A stretch of 62,637 nucleotides of DNA, filler included, from Rhabdomonas costata (taxonomy: Eukaryota), in the NCBI GenBank assembly GCA_019059605.1. It is 23 parts of 23 records of this genome, joined end to end, with 100 filler letters (N's around TTAATTAATTAA, not from the genome) between each part and the next. Parts side by side here need not be neighbours in the genome. Positions count along the whole stretch, not along the records: positions 35,480 to 38,106 come from JAHMHO010002565.1; positions 38,207 to 40,832 come from JAHMHO010002566.1; positions 40,933 to 43,558 come from JAHMHO010002567.1; positions 43,659 to 46,287 come from JAHMHO010002568.1; positions 46,388 to 49,012 come from JAHMHO010002569.1; positions 49,113 to 51,738 come from JAHMHO010002570.1; 17 more parts are not named here. One strand, given 5' to 3'. The translations under genes were made by a program, and so were the position numbers. A model generated the notes under the pieces. That model was not told the DNA's origin and did not search any database. It worked only from the letters and a program-made list of their open reading frames with translations. Of this stretch, positions 38,090 through 50,400 are shown one piece after another (positions within the stretch are counted from its first letter, which is position 1; each line of letters starts with the position of its first letter).

Positions 38090-39888
38090 CTAGCCCACCC
38101 AAAACCNNNNNNNNNNNNNNNNNNNNNNNNNNNNNNNNNNNNNNNNNNNNTTAATTAATTAANNNNNNNNNNNNNNNNNNNNNNNNNNNNNNNNNNNNNN
38201 NNNNNNGTTTTGGGCGTGATTGGGTATAACTGATGATGTGATGCAATGACCACGGGTGTGAGGGTTGTGTGTACCGACATGATGTTTTTATGGCCCTATA
38301 CACTCACTATATGCTGTCTCCGCTACGTTTTGACGCCCATTTCTACGCCTACAGCGTATACCTCTGCATCGTTTCCAACTACCTTATGGATATTGGATAC
38401 TTCCTTGGATTTATCTGTTCAGAATGAAAGAGAAGCTGCATGTGCTAATTGCATGAGACCGAGTTGTGTTTGAGTCAGTACGTGCTAATAAACAAGAAGA
38501 TACATTACAGGTGGATATTTTGAGACCAGCTGAGACCATTTAAGATCATAAAAAAGTTCACTGACACAACCTTTGTTACTGATATTCAAAAACGTGCGAG
38601 GCAGAGCAACAGTTTCCACTTGAGTGATTGAGTGACAGATCAACTGACATACTACATGATAAAGGATCACATGACAGTTTGTAGGAAGAAGGGCAATGTT
38701 ATATTCAATCGGATGCGAACAGTAAGCTGAGTTAGCCCCAACTGATCTTTCTGAAGTATGTGACTGTTTTCGAGTTCCACACACGCCCGCGCGCGCAAAG
38801 GCAAGAAACCAAATGGGGACTTCTTCAGCAAAACAAACCGAAAAAATGATATCAGTATTGGATCATTGAGCGTGATCGAGAAATCTGGTAAAGTGTAGGA
38901 AACATCTTTTGATTTAAAAGTGACGTTGTGTTGTAAATGGACCTGCAATTTTTGCGATGTTATAATTGGTTAAAATTGAAATATGCCACAGTCTGTTGAT
39001 TAACACGTGTGCGGATCTCTTCTCTTCAAGGAGACACCACCAGCTTGGTATTTCAGCGGGTAGTACACTGATATAGCATCATTGGGACAAAATGCGTTTG
39101 AATTTTTGTGGAGACTATAGGGGTGTTTACATTTTATGTATGCTCTCCAATGTGTTGTCAGATGTAAATGATGAAGCGGGGCTGATGCTGGTGAAGCCTT
39201 AATGACATCATGTGTCCAACAGCGACATCAACCTAGTAAACCCAAGCTTTATCAATCAACACGGAATGTACACGGAATGGACACGGAATCGGTATGCGAC
39301 GTTCGGGGCAAAATATATGGTCAATTACCGGCGAAATCCCCCCCCAACAATTATTGGGAATCCTGAGGCCGGCTTAAGAGTCTACCCAACATGGAAGCCC
39401 CAAAACGCCACAAAGCTTCGCAAGTGCTCGGCGGGACCCAAGACGGTGAAACATGAAAGAATTCGATGCTTGCACCGCAGATTTTTCGCGTAACCGGCAG
39501 ACCCTCCGGTTGGTCAGCCATAGCCACTTTCCAAGCGCGCACATAAAATATCCAACCTCAAATTTCCTCTGCGGTCTGCTAGGAGGTTGTCATTTCAGGG
39601 ATCTGTTTTGATTGAATGGCATTCCACGAACAGTCCACCAAAACGGAACATGTCTAACCAAAATCAGTAGTCCCTGAAAAATGAAAACACCTCACGCAAA
39701 TAAAACCGCACGCACAAAGGCCACCCGGTAGTGCTGCACTGTGCACCGTAAACGCAAACAAACTACACGAGCTGCGCAGTTTGCAAACACGGACCGCCGG
39801 AAGCGAAGGTGAAGGGTTAAAAAGGGTGAAGCCACCCCATCATCGTGCGTGGCTCATTTCAAAACCCAACACAGGCCCTGTCGGAACT

Positions 39889-39954
39889 CTACTCGTGAGT
39901 AAAGCCTGGGAAGCACTGTTCGAAGGTGTTCTTCGGGTGCTTCGCCTCGACGTG
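39889..39954 (-). CDS. Last exon of a ZNF706/At2g23090-like small C2H2 zinc-finger protein
   Basis: tttttttgcag|HVEAKHPKNTFEQCFPGFTHE then TAG; matches the HxEAKHPK....CFP terminus of the family. Confidence 0.75.
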   Translation of the reverse strand, partial: HVEAKHPKNTFEQCFPGFTHE

Positions 39955-40506
39955 CTGCAAAAAAAACGAGAAAGAAAGAAGTGAGGCCATAACCTTTCAT
40001 AACCAGAAAATCTCAGAAATCTCACAAAACGAACCAGAACACAAACCACCAAGAAATTAAGTGCAGGTGGACCAACAATGAAACTCAAAGAAATGATAAG
40101 CAAAAATCGAAACGGATGTGGCTCAATTGCTCACATTGCTCACATTTTGCTTCATTGAGAGTCCGAGTCGAGCCGCTCGAATTTCCAAGTGGGTAGCTTA
40201 ACGTAACGTAGGTAACGGTCACAGGAAATGCACGAAATAATTCAAAAAGAAATGCGCTTCTGTTAATCAGATCGGTAGCTTTTGCTAAATTTCTCTCTCT
40301 TCTAATTCTCGTTTTTCCATCCTGCCCAAACCATCCCCTCAATGTTCAGGTTCACGCATACTGTGCTTGCTTGCTGTATTCTATTTTCTTTCAGGTTTTA
40401 TCCTGCTGAGGTTTTCATTTGCGCTTTTAACCTGAGCTGGTAGGGTTTTAGGGGCTCGTGGAGATTTCAACACGACCTTTGGGTTATTCCTGTTTCACCC
40501 TTCCAG

Positions 40507-40597
40507 GTACGCCTGTGCCAGCCAGTCCTTGCTGGGGGTCACGTACACCGCAACCCGAAGTGCTCAGAAGGCGCTCTACCTTCGAGAGATGGTGGAG
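40507..40597 (+). CDS. Internal exon of an unknown protein
   Basis: cccttccag|G TAC GCC.. YACASQSLLGVTYTATRSAQKALYLREMVE|gtgcgc. Confidence 0.45.
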
Positions 40598-42336
40598 GTG
40601 CGCCATATTTGGGCTGGACTCCATCGCTTTTGATCTCATTTTTTTTGTCGTTGCTCTGGGCTTTATACTGCAAGAAGGTAATGGGGCGTACTCAATTTTG
40701 AATTGGAAAGAAATAAGAGGCGAGCAAAGCTATTTTAATTGATCGGAAACACAGCAGCCGAAGTCCCTCGAGCCTTCTCTCACGCGCGCATCCACAGGCC
40801 GTCGACATACTGAACGCGGAGTTCACGGGAACNNNNNNNNNNNNNNNNNNNNNNNNNNNNNNNNNNNNNNNNNNNNTTAATTAATTAANNNNNNNNNNNN
40901 NNNNNNNNNNNNNNNNNNNNNNNNNNNNNNNNGTTGGGGGGTGGGGCACGGCCTCGCCGGGCTCCCACCCCCATCCCCATCCGCAGCGAGCGACCCAGAC
41001 GCCTTCGCACGGGATGCGCCGTGAAGGCGACGTGCAGGGCGAGCACGTGCAAGGTCCCCGCAGGGGCCGAGGGAGGGGCTGCAATCGGGGGAAGGCTCTG
41101 CTTGGATGGCCGCGGAGCGTGGTCTGAGAAAGCAACGTCACCAGGAACGGCATGATAAATGAGGGGTGGGAGGGAGTGATGCGGTGGGTATGGCCGCGGG
41201 AAAAGAACATTTTCGCGCGAAAATGTCATTGATTGGTAATCTCCTGGAGAGCAGCTCGAGGAGAAGTGGCGGGTGAAAGGCAAAGCTATCAGAATTTCTG
41301 TGAATTCCTTTCCGTTTAACACGGCGCCGCCATCCACAGGATAATAACTCTAGGAAGACCAGGGAGGACCATACAAAAACATTGTGCGCAATTATCGCAC
41401 CACAGTCTGTACGGAGAACTACTCTCCGCAATCATCATATGCCACCGCCTTCGAAGCATCAATGTCAAAGCACATGGCAACGGAAATAGCCCCGGTTCTC
41501 GGACGGTTGGCGAGTAACCCGAGTGTAATCCATGAAATTGTGCTCCAGCATCCGTCCTGTACCTTAGTATCGGACGCGGACAAGCATTGATCTTCCTCTT
41601 CAAAAGACCCTCAGATGCTGAGTAAGAACGAATTAAAGCCATCAAAATACTACCGGCGCCCACAGTCAAACCTAAACCCTGCGATATCTTGAAGACGATC
41701 CTGAACGTTATGACGCTGCATCGGCCGCGGATACACGCTGTCCTACCATGTTCAAAAACCTCAGGAACGCTTCGCATAAAACTCAAGCACTTAGGCTGCA
41801 TAAATTTGAAGTTTCTGACTCAGCTGGGCAACAGAGAAGCATGTCAAAGCCCAGGCCTGATCCTCAGACACTTCGCGAGCAGTCCGTGCAAATGCATGTT
41901 TCTCCGCTCCTTCTTAGAACCCCCAGCAATTAATCGGACCCGAAGTGCAATCCCACAGGTTGTGCAGCCCAGCGTCTCAGGAATTGGGCGGGAATTGATC
42001 CCCCACTTCAAATGAAAAACTAAAAAGTTGTGGCTCGAATTGTCAAACCTAACCCTGCCAGCGATGAACTCTTAGTCGAGGCTGCGGGGGAAGGCAAAGA
42101 GGGAAGCTTGACGGTAGCCTGTGGGCCGCTGCACAGAGGGGATGCTAAACGAGACACGGTCATTCTGTACCTTTCGAAATCTGGACCACAGAAAAAGGCA
42201 GATGGCGCAGACCAAATACCGCAGAAAAATGAGATGTGAAAAAAAGGGTAAGCCCAGAGAGGCCGAAAAATAGAGCGAGGGGGTTGTTTAGTACCGAGTG
42301 TAGAAGAACAAAGTCTGAGCAATCAGAGAAAGTACA

Positions 42337-42864
42337 ATGGACGCCCGTGACGTCCCAAAAACACAAAGTTCGACCTATAAAAAGAGGTTCGACCGAATAT
42401 ATCTGTGTATTGTCGGAATTCTGGCTTTGGCTTTGGCCTCGGTGCTATATCGTGATATTTTCTTTTACATTTTTCAAGATAGCGTGACATCAGATCCGGA
42501 GACATTACATAAAGACGCACTCAACTTTGCGAACGGAAGAAAGCATCAGAGGATGGGGCTCATTTCAGCAGGGGTACCACCATCAAAATGCCAAAACAGG
42601 CAAACCTAGGCAACTGCGGGCAGTCCAGAACAACCTAAAAACCGGGAGTCTTCGCATGTTTTGGATTTGGGGGACAACAGCGGGGAACCAGAGAGCGCTG
42701 AAAGGATAAAGGCAGAAAGCGTGGACCTCGAAAGTCATGACACAGCAAAGGGAAGGAAACCCACTGCAGAAAGAGATACAGAGGAACACAAAGACAAAGA
42801 GGAGGACACTGAGAAGAACAAGACAGCTGAAGAAGAAAGGGGGAAGCACGTGGCCTGTGCACAA
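42337..42864 (+). CDS. Possible type II membrane protein N-terminus (TM helix plus charged stem) interrupted by TAG at 42607
   Basis: ORFs 42337-42609 and 42661-43104 share a frame: KKRFDRIYLCIVGILALALASVLY (TM), then an E/K/D-rich stem, candidate donor GTGGGA. Confidence 0.4.
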
Positions 42865-44799
42865 GTGGGACGTGGCTCGTGCTTGCAGACGAGTTTGGTG
42901 TTTGCCATGGGCATACAAAAAGGAGGCGGGCGGGGAGGGGAGGGTGTGTACCCACGGCAGGTTGTTTCATGGGCAGCGAAGGACAGGACGAGAGGTGGCC
43001 TTCACGGGCGCGCCCTATATAAGGCATGGGCTTTGCTGGAAACCAGCTGTCACTTAACTCACTTTACATCGAGCACAGAGTACCAAACACCTACCTTTCT
43101 TTGACTTAGCAGAGGTGAGAGCACCACAACCACTTCGAGAGTGATACAAAGGAAAAGAAAGCATGAAAAAAGAGAGGCAAATAGGCTCACCACTCCGTGA
43201 CTCGGAGAGCCGTAACCGGGAAAAAGAAAAAACACCCAGAGGCCCTGAGGCTGTTCGGTGTAATAATGACCCATTGCACTGGTACTGTGCAGGTATAATG
43301 AGGTCATCCCACGGTCTCGAATTCCCTAGGTAGTGAAGGGGAAAAGGGGCGGGGGGAAGGGAGTTGGTACACGTGGATGCAAAAGCACGAAAAGAAAAAG
43401 AAGGTGAAGGAGCAGAGGTTAAAGAGAAAATGACAGAAACAACACGAACAGCAACAATGTCCTCGGAATTCTTCAACTGAGCAGACAAGCACGCAGGAAA
43501 AAAAACGGGGATGAGTGCAGAAGGAGGGAGGGAACGCACTGCGTGCAACCACACAACCNNNNNNNNNNNNNNNNNNNNNNNNNNNNNNNNNNNNNNNNNN
43601 NNTTAATTAATTAANNNNNNNNNNNNNNNNNNNNNNNNNNNNNNNNNNNNNNNNNNNNGTTCTGGTGGGACCTTCCAGAGTCAACAGAGCCCAACAGGTG
43701 AAGGTAAAGTCCACGTAGGATTCCAGATTCAGAAAATGAAAACAACTTGGAAGAAAGTGCGTGAGGCATTCTAGAAGGAGAAGCAGAAGGCTGCGATGTA
43801 TGCCAATGGCAAAAGAGCGGATTACAAATTCTGTGTGGGTCAGGATTTGTTGATCAGTAAGCGGAGGCATTACCAGTGAAGGTTTGGAGACCCCCCGGGG
43901 AAGTTGATGCCGAAGGCGGTGTGACCGTTATCATCAATAAAGAGATTACGGATACGACCTTTGTACTGGACATTCCACCGGAGGTGCGGGGGAGAGCGCA
44001 TCCAGTATTTCACTCGAGCGATCTCATCCTGTACGAGACGAGAGTGCTCGACCCCTTGGGAGTGTTACCGGAGGATGAGGCGGACGGCAGTGAAGATCCA
44101 AGTGACAGCGTTCCAGGTGATGAAGGAGGAAGTAATGATACAGCCCCATACACAGGTCTGAGGGTCGATCGTTCAGAGAGGTCAAGATCCGAGCCGATGG
44201 GAGGACAGAATCCATTGCGGAGTCCGGATTACGGAGAAGATGACTGTGAAGAGGAAGAAGTTCGATGGTTACACCCAGTGTGGAGTCCTTACGCAGAGGA
44301 AGGCTAGGTGGTTCCAGAGAGTTTAGGGGTTCCTGCTAGACCAGAGGAGTATGACCTGGAAGCGGAGGACGAAGCGTTCACAGACGCAGAGCTTCCAGAA
44401 GTGGACGAGGTTGTGGAAGCCGAACCAGAGGACCAGTACCATACACTTCCAGATCCATATCTGGAGGAGGTAAGTGGAGGAGGTAAGACGGTTCAGAGAG
44501 TGGATGGCCGGAATATGGAGAACAGTTTACAGAGCGCCTGCCAGAGCCTAACGTGGAACCACAGGTGGTGAAGGTTATGCCGAAGCCAGAGAGACCGTAT
44601 GTCGGAGCGTTTCAGGGAGTTACAGAGGACAGCGGATGAAAGATCTGTGCAGGCCGCAGTTCAATGGCCACATGAGTGGTCTCTTGGTGCTTTGCGAGTA
44701 CATTTTGGGGACTTCCACAGGGTGTGATGGATGAAGAAAGTTCACAAGATGATGCTTGCGGAGAGGGAATGTTACGTCCAATTGTTGGACGTGCCATTT

Positions 44800-45228
44800 G
44801 GTGCGGAAGAAGAAGTGAAGTTAGTGCCGACGATTTTTATAGCGATGTGTTACAATTTGATGGCGACACCTTGCATTGACCTGTTTGCTTCAGAGAGGCA
44901 TCATCAGCTACCGAGGTATTTTACAGTAAATGAGTGGGATACAGAGGCATAGGGCCGTAATGCTTTTGCTTTTGTGTGGAGTCCATATGTGTGCCTGTAC
45001 GCCAACCCGCCGTGGAGCGTTATTGCTCACGTCCTGGCGAAGGTATGTCGGGATAAATCTCGGCTGATGCTGGTGACTCCAGAGTGTCCTCGATTCTTAA
45101 GGAGCTTACGGTGCAAATCCCAGCGTTGGAATGGAAGGTTGCTCCTTGATTCCACAGGACGTTTGAGGTCAAAGACAAACTGGGCTACGCTCTTTTCTTA
45201 TGTGGTTTATGTGGTGGGAGTGAGGTGA
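44800..45228 (+). pseudogene. Dam-like N6-adenine DNA methyltransferase domain (DIRS MT-type) inside the LTR element
   Basis: PCIDLFASERHHQLPRYFT (SAM-binding, DLFAS at 44878) ..A*GRNAFAFVW..LYANPPWSVIAHVLAKV..LMLVTP (NPPW at 45004-45015). One in-frame TAG at 44950. Confidence 0.85.
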
Positions 45229-45630
45229 AAGGAGTGTAGTCAGTGGGTTTCCACATAGATGGGTTAGATGGGTTTTCCGCAAGTGGGTAAGTGGTGTAGG
45301 CGGTGTGAAATAGTTTATGTAGGACGATCCATGGACGTTTCTTATTTGTATTTGTGTTTGCATTCTTTGCCTCCTCTTTCCAGGTGCAAGGAAAAATTTC
45401 CAGAGCGGAGTACCCTTTCCAGACTCCAGACTCAGGTCTTGGTTGGAAGGTGTTGGAATGTGAGGACGGAGGGTAAGCTCTCCCCTCTTCTGCCATCTCC
45501 AGAGTTTCTCTAGCTGGTTGTGGTTTCTCCCAACCTCTGTAGTATTTAGTTAGCTGCATGTTCCAGAGTTCCTGCTTTCAGAGTCCAGTGTTATTGGATC
45601 TACCCTTCCAGAGTTTCATCCCTACTTTCA
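45226..45630 (+). repeat. Candidate LTR (TGAAAG...CTTTCA)
   Basis: Starts TG after purine-rich GGGAGTGAGG. A 6-bp inverted end CTTTCA occurs at both 45575-45580 and 45625-45630, so the right end is ambiguous. Confidence 0.45.
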
Positions 45631-46387
45631 GAGCTTTGTTTGTGTGCGTGCGTCTGGATGGGGGGTTTCCAGATCGTTTGTGGGTTGTGAATAATTTCAG
45701 AGCTACTGTTCTTCCAGAGTTGTGGAGATGTCACAGACCCCTAAGCCCCCTGCAGGGAAGCGTTACTGGGCAGGTCTGAACGCGTTTGTGAGGGCCATTC
45801 TACAGAATTGGTATGAGGTTTGTGTGCAGTGCTTTGATAAGTCTTCCACAGATTTGGAGAAGGTGCCAAAAGATACTGCAGAGCGACTGAATAGTAGATG
45901 TTCGGGAGTTGTAGAACGTACCACGAGGTGGATGAATGAATTACAGTGGATTTCAGATTGGTACAAGGACATGAAAGAGAATGCATAGATAACAAGTCTA
46001 GTGGGTATTCTGGAGCAGGGAAGAGTTGATATGGCTAATGCTATGCAGGAGTTGAACGAGTGTATGATGGTTGTCCAGGGATCTCCGCAGTTACCGACCC
46101 TGAGGACCATTCCACCAGTGTTGGAGGATCATGCCATGGTGACATATGTGATGGAGGTGGTTGAACGGGTTGAGGGATCTGTTCTGAATTCAGAACGGAA
46201 AAATATCGAGTGATTGCTTAATGAGGTTCTGAGGAGGAAGCTTGTTTCCAGAAAGTTGTTGCACCAGCTTCCTCCTCAAAACCCCCCNNNNNNNNNNNNN
46301 NNNNNNNNNNNNNNNNNNNNNNNNNNNNNNNTTAATTAATTAANNNNNNNNNNNNNNNNNNNNNNNNNNNNNNNNNNNNNNNNNNNN

Positions 46388-48693
46388 GTGTTGGGTGGCC
46401 TCCAGGCCGATCGCTTTCTGGGAGGCTGCTCCGGTGGATGCCCTGCTGCACAGTCTGAGCTCCGAGCCTTCGGACGCCGTGGTGGACGAGCTGGTAGGGC
46501 TGCTTCTGCCCAGCTTTCTCCCAGAGACTGCGAAGTACGGCCTGTGTGTGGATGCGCGGTTCCCATGTGACCATACTACAGCTCTGCAGTGTCGACAAAG
46601 GTGCAGAACAAATCTGCAGAAGGCCAGAAACAAGTTGAGAAAGGCATTCCCTTGGGCCAGTATGACGAGAAGCGTTTCTGAAAAGGAGGTTTTTAGATAT
46701 TTTTATTGTGCAACTCACCCCTTCCCACCTCCACCTGCAAACGGGATATTTATGGTGTAATTATTGTTGTTGACACTATCTTTCGACATTGCGTACTCTC
46801 TTTCCTTTGTGGCTTTCACCGGCTCACCTGAAAATGTGTGTTGGATGTAATGAAGTGCGTACCTGGACCCAAAACAGCCTGAAACAACCTGATCGATTGG
46901 AAAATTCTATAATCCACTGGAAAATTCACATCTGATCCAAATTCTATAATCCCATTATATAATCCCAGTGGACATTGACCTCAACTGTGGGACCAAGAAA
47001 AGAAACTATCTTGTGTTCTTATGTACGTTCCATGTTTTCACTTGATCCCAGAAGTTGTGTCTTTGCCTTTGCCGCAGTTTCGTGTGTGGCTGAGATGCAC
47101 AACTTCTGCTTTCGAGGATAACGGGTCAACTTTTTTTTTCGGCGTTGGCTGATGAGTGGAGCAGCTTTGTTGCATGAGGCGGACACCAGTGAGGCTCTTT
47201 GATGTGGGGAGGTTTTGGTACTTCTGTATTCAGGGGCCCGCAGCTTCTTCAGCGGTGCCTGTTCCTGTGCAAGGTCAGCCCTAGGGCCGCATCGCGGCTG
47301 TACCTCCGCGCGCCCTTCGCACTGCTCTCCTCTTCCTCCTCCTCGTCCTCTTCGTCCACGGCGGAGGCCCTGGTGACCCCCCTGGGCGCCCTCCTGGGCG
47401 AGCTCACGCACTGGGCCGTGGCTTGCATGAAGCTGCGGCTCTCGAGCAAGGTGTGTGTGGAATGGGTGTAAGGACCCACCTCCAAGAACGTGCACTTTCA
47501 TTTAATATCCACCACATTGATTTAGAATATCCACAGAATAGAAACCACAAACACCTGGAAAGGCTGGACTTACTGGAAAGGCAATGGTGCATATGCGGTA
47601 CTGTCTTTCTCTGTGGAATTATTGAGTTGGGGAAAGAGAATTTTTATGGGTGTTGTGAAATGCCCAAACCGATCGGAAAAGGAAAATATGGAAACCTCCT
47701 CAGAATATGCAGGAAGGGCGTGGTCAGCAGCTTGCGAGTCCCATAGATCAGATGCGGTGCCTCTTTTCAGGACTTTCAGTCTGGTGCGCGGAAGCGCGGT
47801 CGGGGCCGCGGCCGAGGAGGGGCCAAGCCTGCCGCTTTGAGGTGTGGTACTCCGATTGGGCTGCCAAAAGCGTTTCCCCAAAAAGAGAGATTTTCACATG
47901 CCAAAGACAATGTTGGCAATATCTTTATGTCCCCTCGCGTTTCCTCCGAACTGGATTTCTCCCGAGTTTAGGTGTGGCGAGAGTGGACACTGGGGTTGGT
48001 CACTCTGCTTCTAGCGCGTCTACCAACTCTGCCACTGCGTGGCATTTGGGTGACATTCATAGAAATACCTTGCTTACTTGCATTTGCCCCGTACCACCAA
48101 TTGAGAATGGCGCGTTTTAAAACCGGAAATTTAGCGGAATTTTCTTTGTTTGTTGTGACCAGGGGCAAGCTGGCCTCGAAGGTCGAGGACTCGGCTGTGG
48201 CGGGCCGTACGGAGGAGGATCTGCAAGGCGGCATCTCCTCCGCGGTTGCGGTGGAGCAGCATCTCTCTGACCCTCAGCAGGGTTTGCCTCATTCGTGCCC
48301 AAAGGGAAGGGCGCTGGTTCGGTGTAATGGGGCAGTTGTTTTTCTGCAAGGCCAACAATGAGCAGCGAGTCATTTGCGTTCTGGCGCGTTTGAGTGGAAT
48401 TATGTCGATGCATTGATAAGCACAGGACATGTGCCTTTGTAGCTAAGGACGTCAAGGACTTCTTCACCAAGAATGAGGTTGTGGACGACTTGGCTATGAA
48501 TGCTCTGCATGTCTTATTCTTGCGGTTGGACGCTGCTAACATTTTTTCACTGTTGAAGTGAAGGAGACAAATATACGTTACGCGTAACTGTGTCCTTCTT
48601 GCAGCATGCTCGGATGACTCTCTATTGCTGGCTGTGGTTGGCGTTCTCGCCGCCCTTCTCAAGCTGAGGCCACTGAGAGCATCATTAAGCAAG
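46388..48693 (+). CDS. NCAPG2: Condensin-2 complex subunit G2-like, partial
   Basis: Exons 46388-46534, 47234-47450, 47780-47841, 48163-48281, 48605-48693: IAFWEAAPVDALLHSL..VVDELVGLLLPSFLP..QLLQRCLFLCKVSPRAASRLY resembles NCAPG2 (FW.icP...L..L....V...LV.L...SFLP..RC..L......A.RFY). Confidence 0.72.
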
Positions 48694-48836
48694 GCGTGTT
48701 GATTTGAAGCTCGTTTGCGAAATATTCCATACCTGTTGCTCCGAGGCCCATCCTTTGCTCTGTTGTCTTTCCCAGTTTCGTCTTCCCTCCCACGAAAGCT
48801 TCGAGGCATCACTTTTTGTGCGGTCACGTTTTTCCA

Positions 48837-49003
48837 TGGCAGAGGGATCTGACTCCATCTCTTGTGTGATGTTCGTCCTTTTTGACAACCTGCAACCCTG
48901 CAACCAGAATCATTTTTATCCTTGGTCTCCAGCCTCTTGCCGGGATGCAGGTCGTCAAAAAGGACGAACATCACACAAGAGATGGAGTCAGATCCCTCTG
49001 CCA
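48837..49003. repeat. ~67-bp imperfect inverted repeat (MITE-like hairpin)
   Basis: 48837-48903 pairs with 48937-49003 with about 3 mismatches; lies at the contig end. Confidence 0.9.
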
Positions 49004-50189
49004 CACAAAAACNNNNNNNNNNNNNNNNNNNNNNNNNNNNNNNNNNNNNNNNNNNNTTAATTAATTAANNNNNNNNNNNNNNNNNNNNNNNNNNNNNNNN
49101 NNNNNNNNNNNNTTGTTTTGTTGCAGAGTGGGCTGTGTTTGCTGAAAGCTTCCAACGCGCGCTACACTGCTTCGTCGAGTTTCCTTGGCTTTAGTTGTTT
49201 CATTGCTTTCCGCTGAGGCTAGTTTTGACTACTTGATTATGTTCAGCACCAGTGCAGGATAAAACTGCGCTGGGATGAACATTTTGTATGTCTTCACTGT
49301 GGAATGGAACTTAGGTCAATCACGTGCTTCAGTTGGCGGTCTCTTCAATCGAACTCCAATCATTTGTGTGCCGGAGAAACTTGAGCTTGAGTTCCTGGCA
49401 TAACGGCTCCAGGACTCAAACTCCTTGTCACTTGGGAACAGCCCGATGACATGCTCTCCAGAAAGCTAGGGGTGTGTACTGAACGGCCAATGTATCCCGT
49501 AGCGTCCGCCACTTTTTCATGAGCGATGTTCTGAGCGATTATGGCAGTGGTAAGGAAAAAGGTACATTCTGCATGAAGTGGTCCACCTATTGATTTCCAT
49601 TGACCTTGGGAATCACCACCCAAGTTGAAAAAGAAGAACACCAACCCAATTAAGCTGAGGGCTTTTTTTACAACGAAACAGTGGATCCCCACTTGGTAAT
49701 GTGAACAGAAAGGGCTGGCGAAATTGTTTTGTAAATTTTTCGAATTTTTTTGAAATTCACTTTTTTGGGCTGGAACTTCAAGCTTTTTACAAGGCACAGC
49801 AGCAAAAGCACAAGCCGTCGCAGTCCTGTGCACATCCTGGAGGGCAAAGCAGTTAGGGGGACGGCAGCGGCCGAAGCAACAAACGTACCTGGACTGGTCC
49901 TGGAGCCCAGGACCGCTCCGCTCCGTTTTTTCCAGTACCCGCGGGAATGGCGGCCTCCGAGCCCTTGGCCAATATTTTTGTTCATCATGGCTCGAGACAT
50001 CTCATCTGAGCTCCACCAAAAACCTGTTTGGGCACCGTTGTGCGCCGAATACCGCGCAACAGCGACCGTGCCCTCTGAGCCACGGCACTGTTTTCTGGCC
50101 AGATCCGGGTTACCTTCCTGGCCTCGGGGCCCCACCTTTGGTCTCCGCACCGCAGGGACAAACCTCATGCGAAGCATGGCGCCCTCTCT

Positions 50190-50400
50190 CGCGCCGTCCA
50201 TTTTGGGGAAGTGGGCATTGATCTTGTCCAGATTCCGGCGGCGGTAGGCGGTGCCGCAGAAAAAAGCAATCAGCACCACTTTCCACCCTGCCTTCCTGAA
50301 AATTTCTTCCTGCACTAAATTGGGCCCGGGGCCGGTTGCTCCCCTTGCCCAAAACAGAACGGTGTCCTTTGCAAGAAGCGTTGCAGGCGCTTGTCTTTGC
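50190..50400 (-). mobile_element. Fragment of the same non-LTR family as 51839-53140
   Basis: RRNLDKINAHFPKMD versus QRNLDKIQDLFPKMD; shared blocks cgtccattttggggaag, atcttgtccagattcc, gccttcctgaaa, ggggccggttgc in the same order. Confidence 0.7.

Larger units (their letters stand above)
43659..46287 (+). mobile_element. Degenerate Ty3/Gypsy LTR retrotransposon: integrase C-terminus, acidic linker, adenine MTase, LTR, then a gag-like ORF start
   Basis: WKKVREAF*KEKQKAAMYANGKRADYKFCVGQDLLI..KLMPKAV*P..FVLDIPPEVRGRAHPVFHSSDLILY is the GPY/F module of Gypsy integrases. Several stops and frameshifts. Confidence 0.85.

Noticed and set aside
38207-39250. AT-rich broken ORFs, possibly an ancient transposon or viral insert
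   Set aside because: No recognisable motif in any frame.
47149-47195. CTGATGA as a hammerhead ribozyme core
   Set aside because: No stem II followed by GAAA.
48443-48510. Extra NCAPG2 exon (AKDVKDFFTKNE..)
   Set aside because: No donor in the phase needed to rejoin 48605; skipping it keeps the frame.
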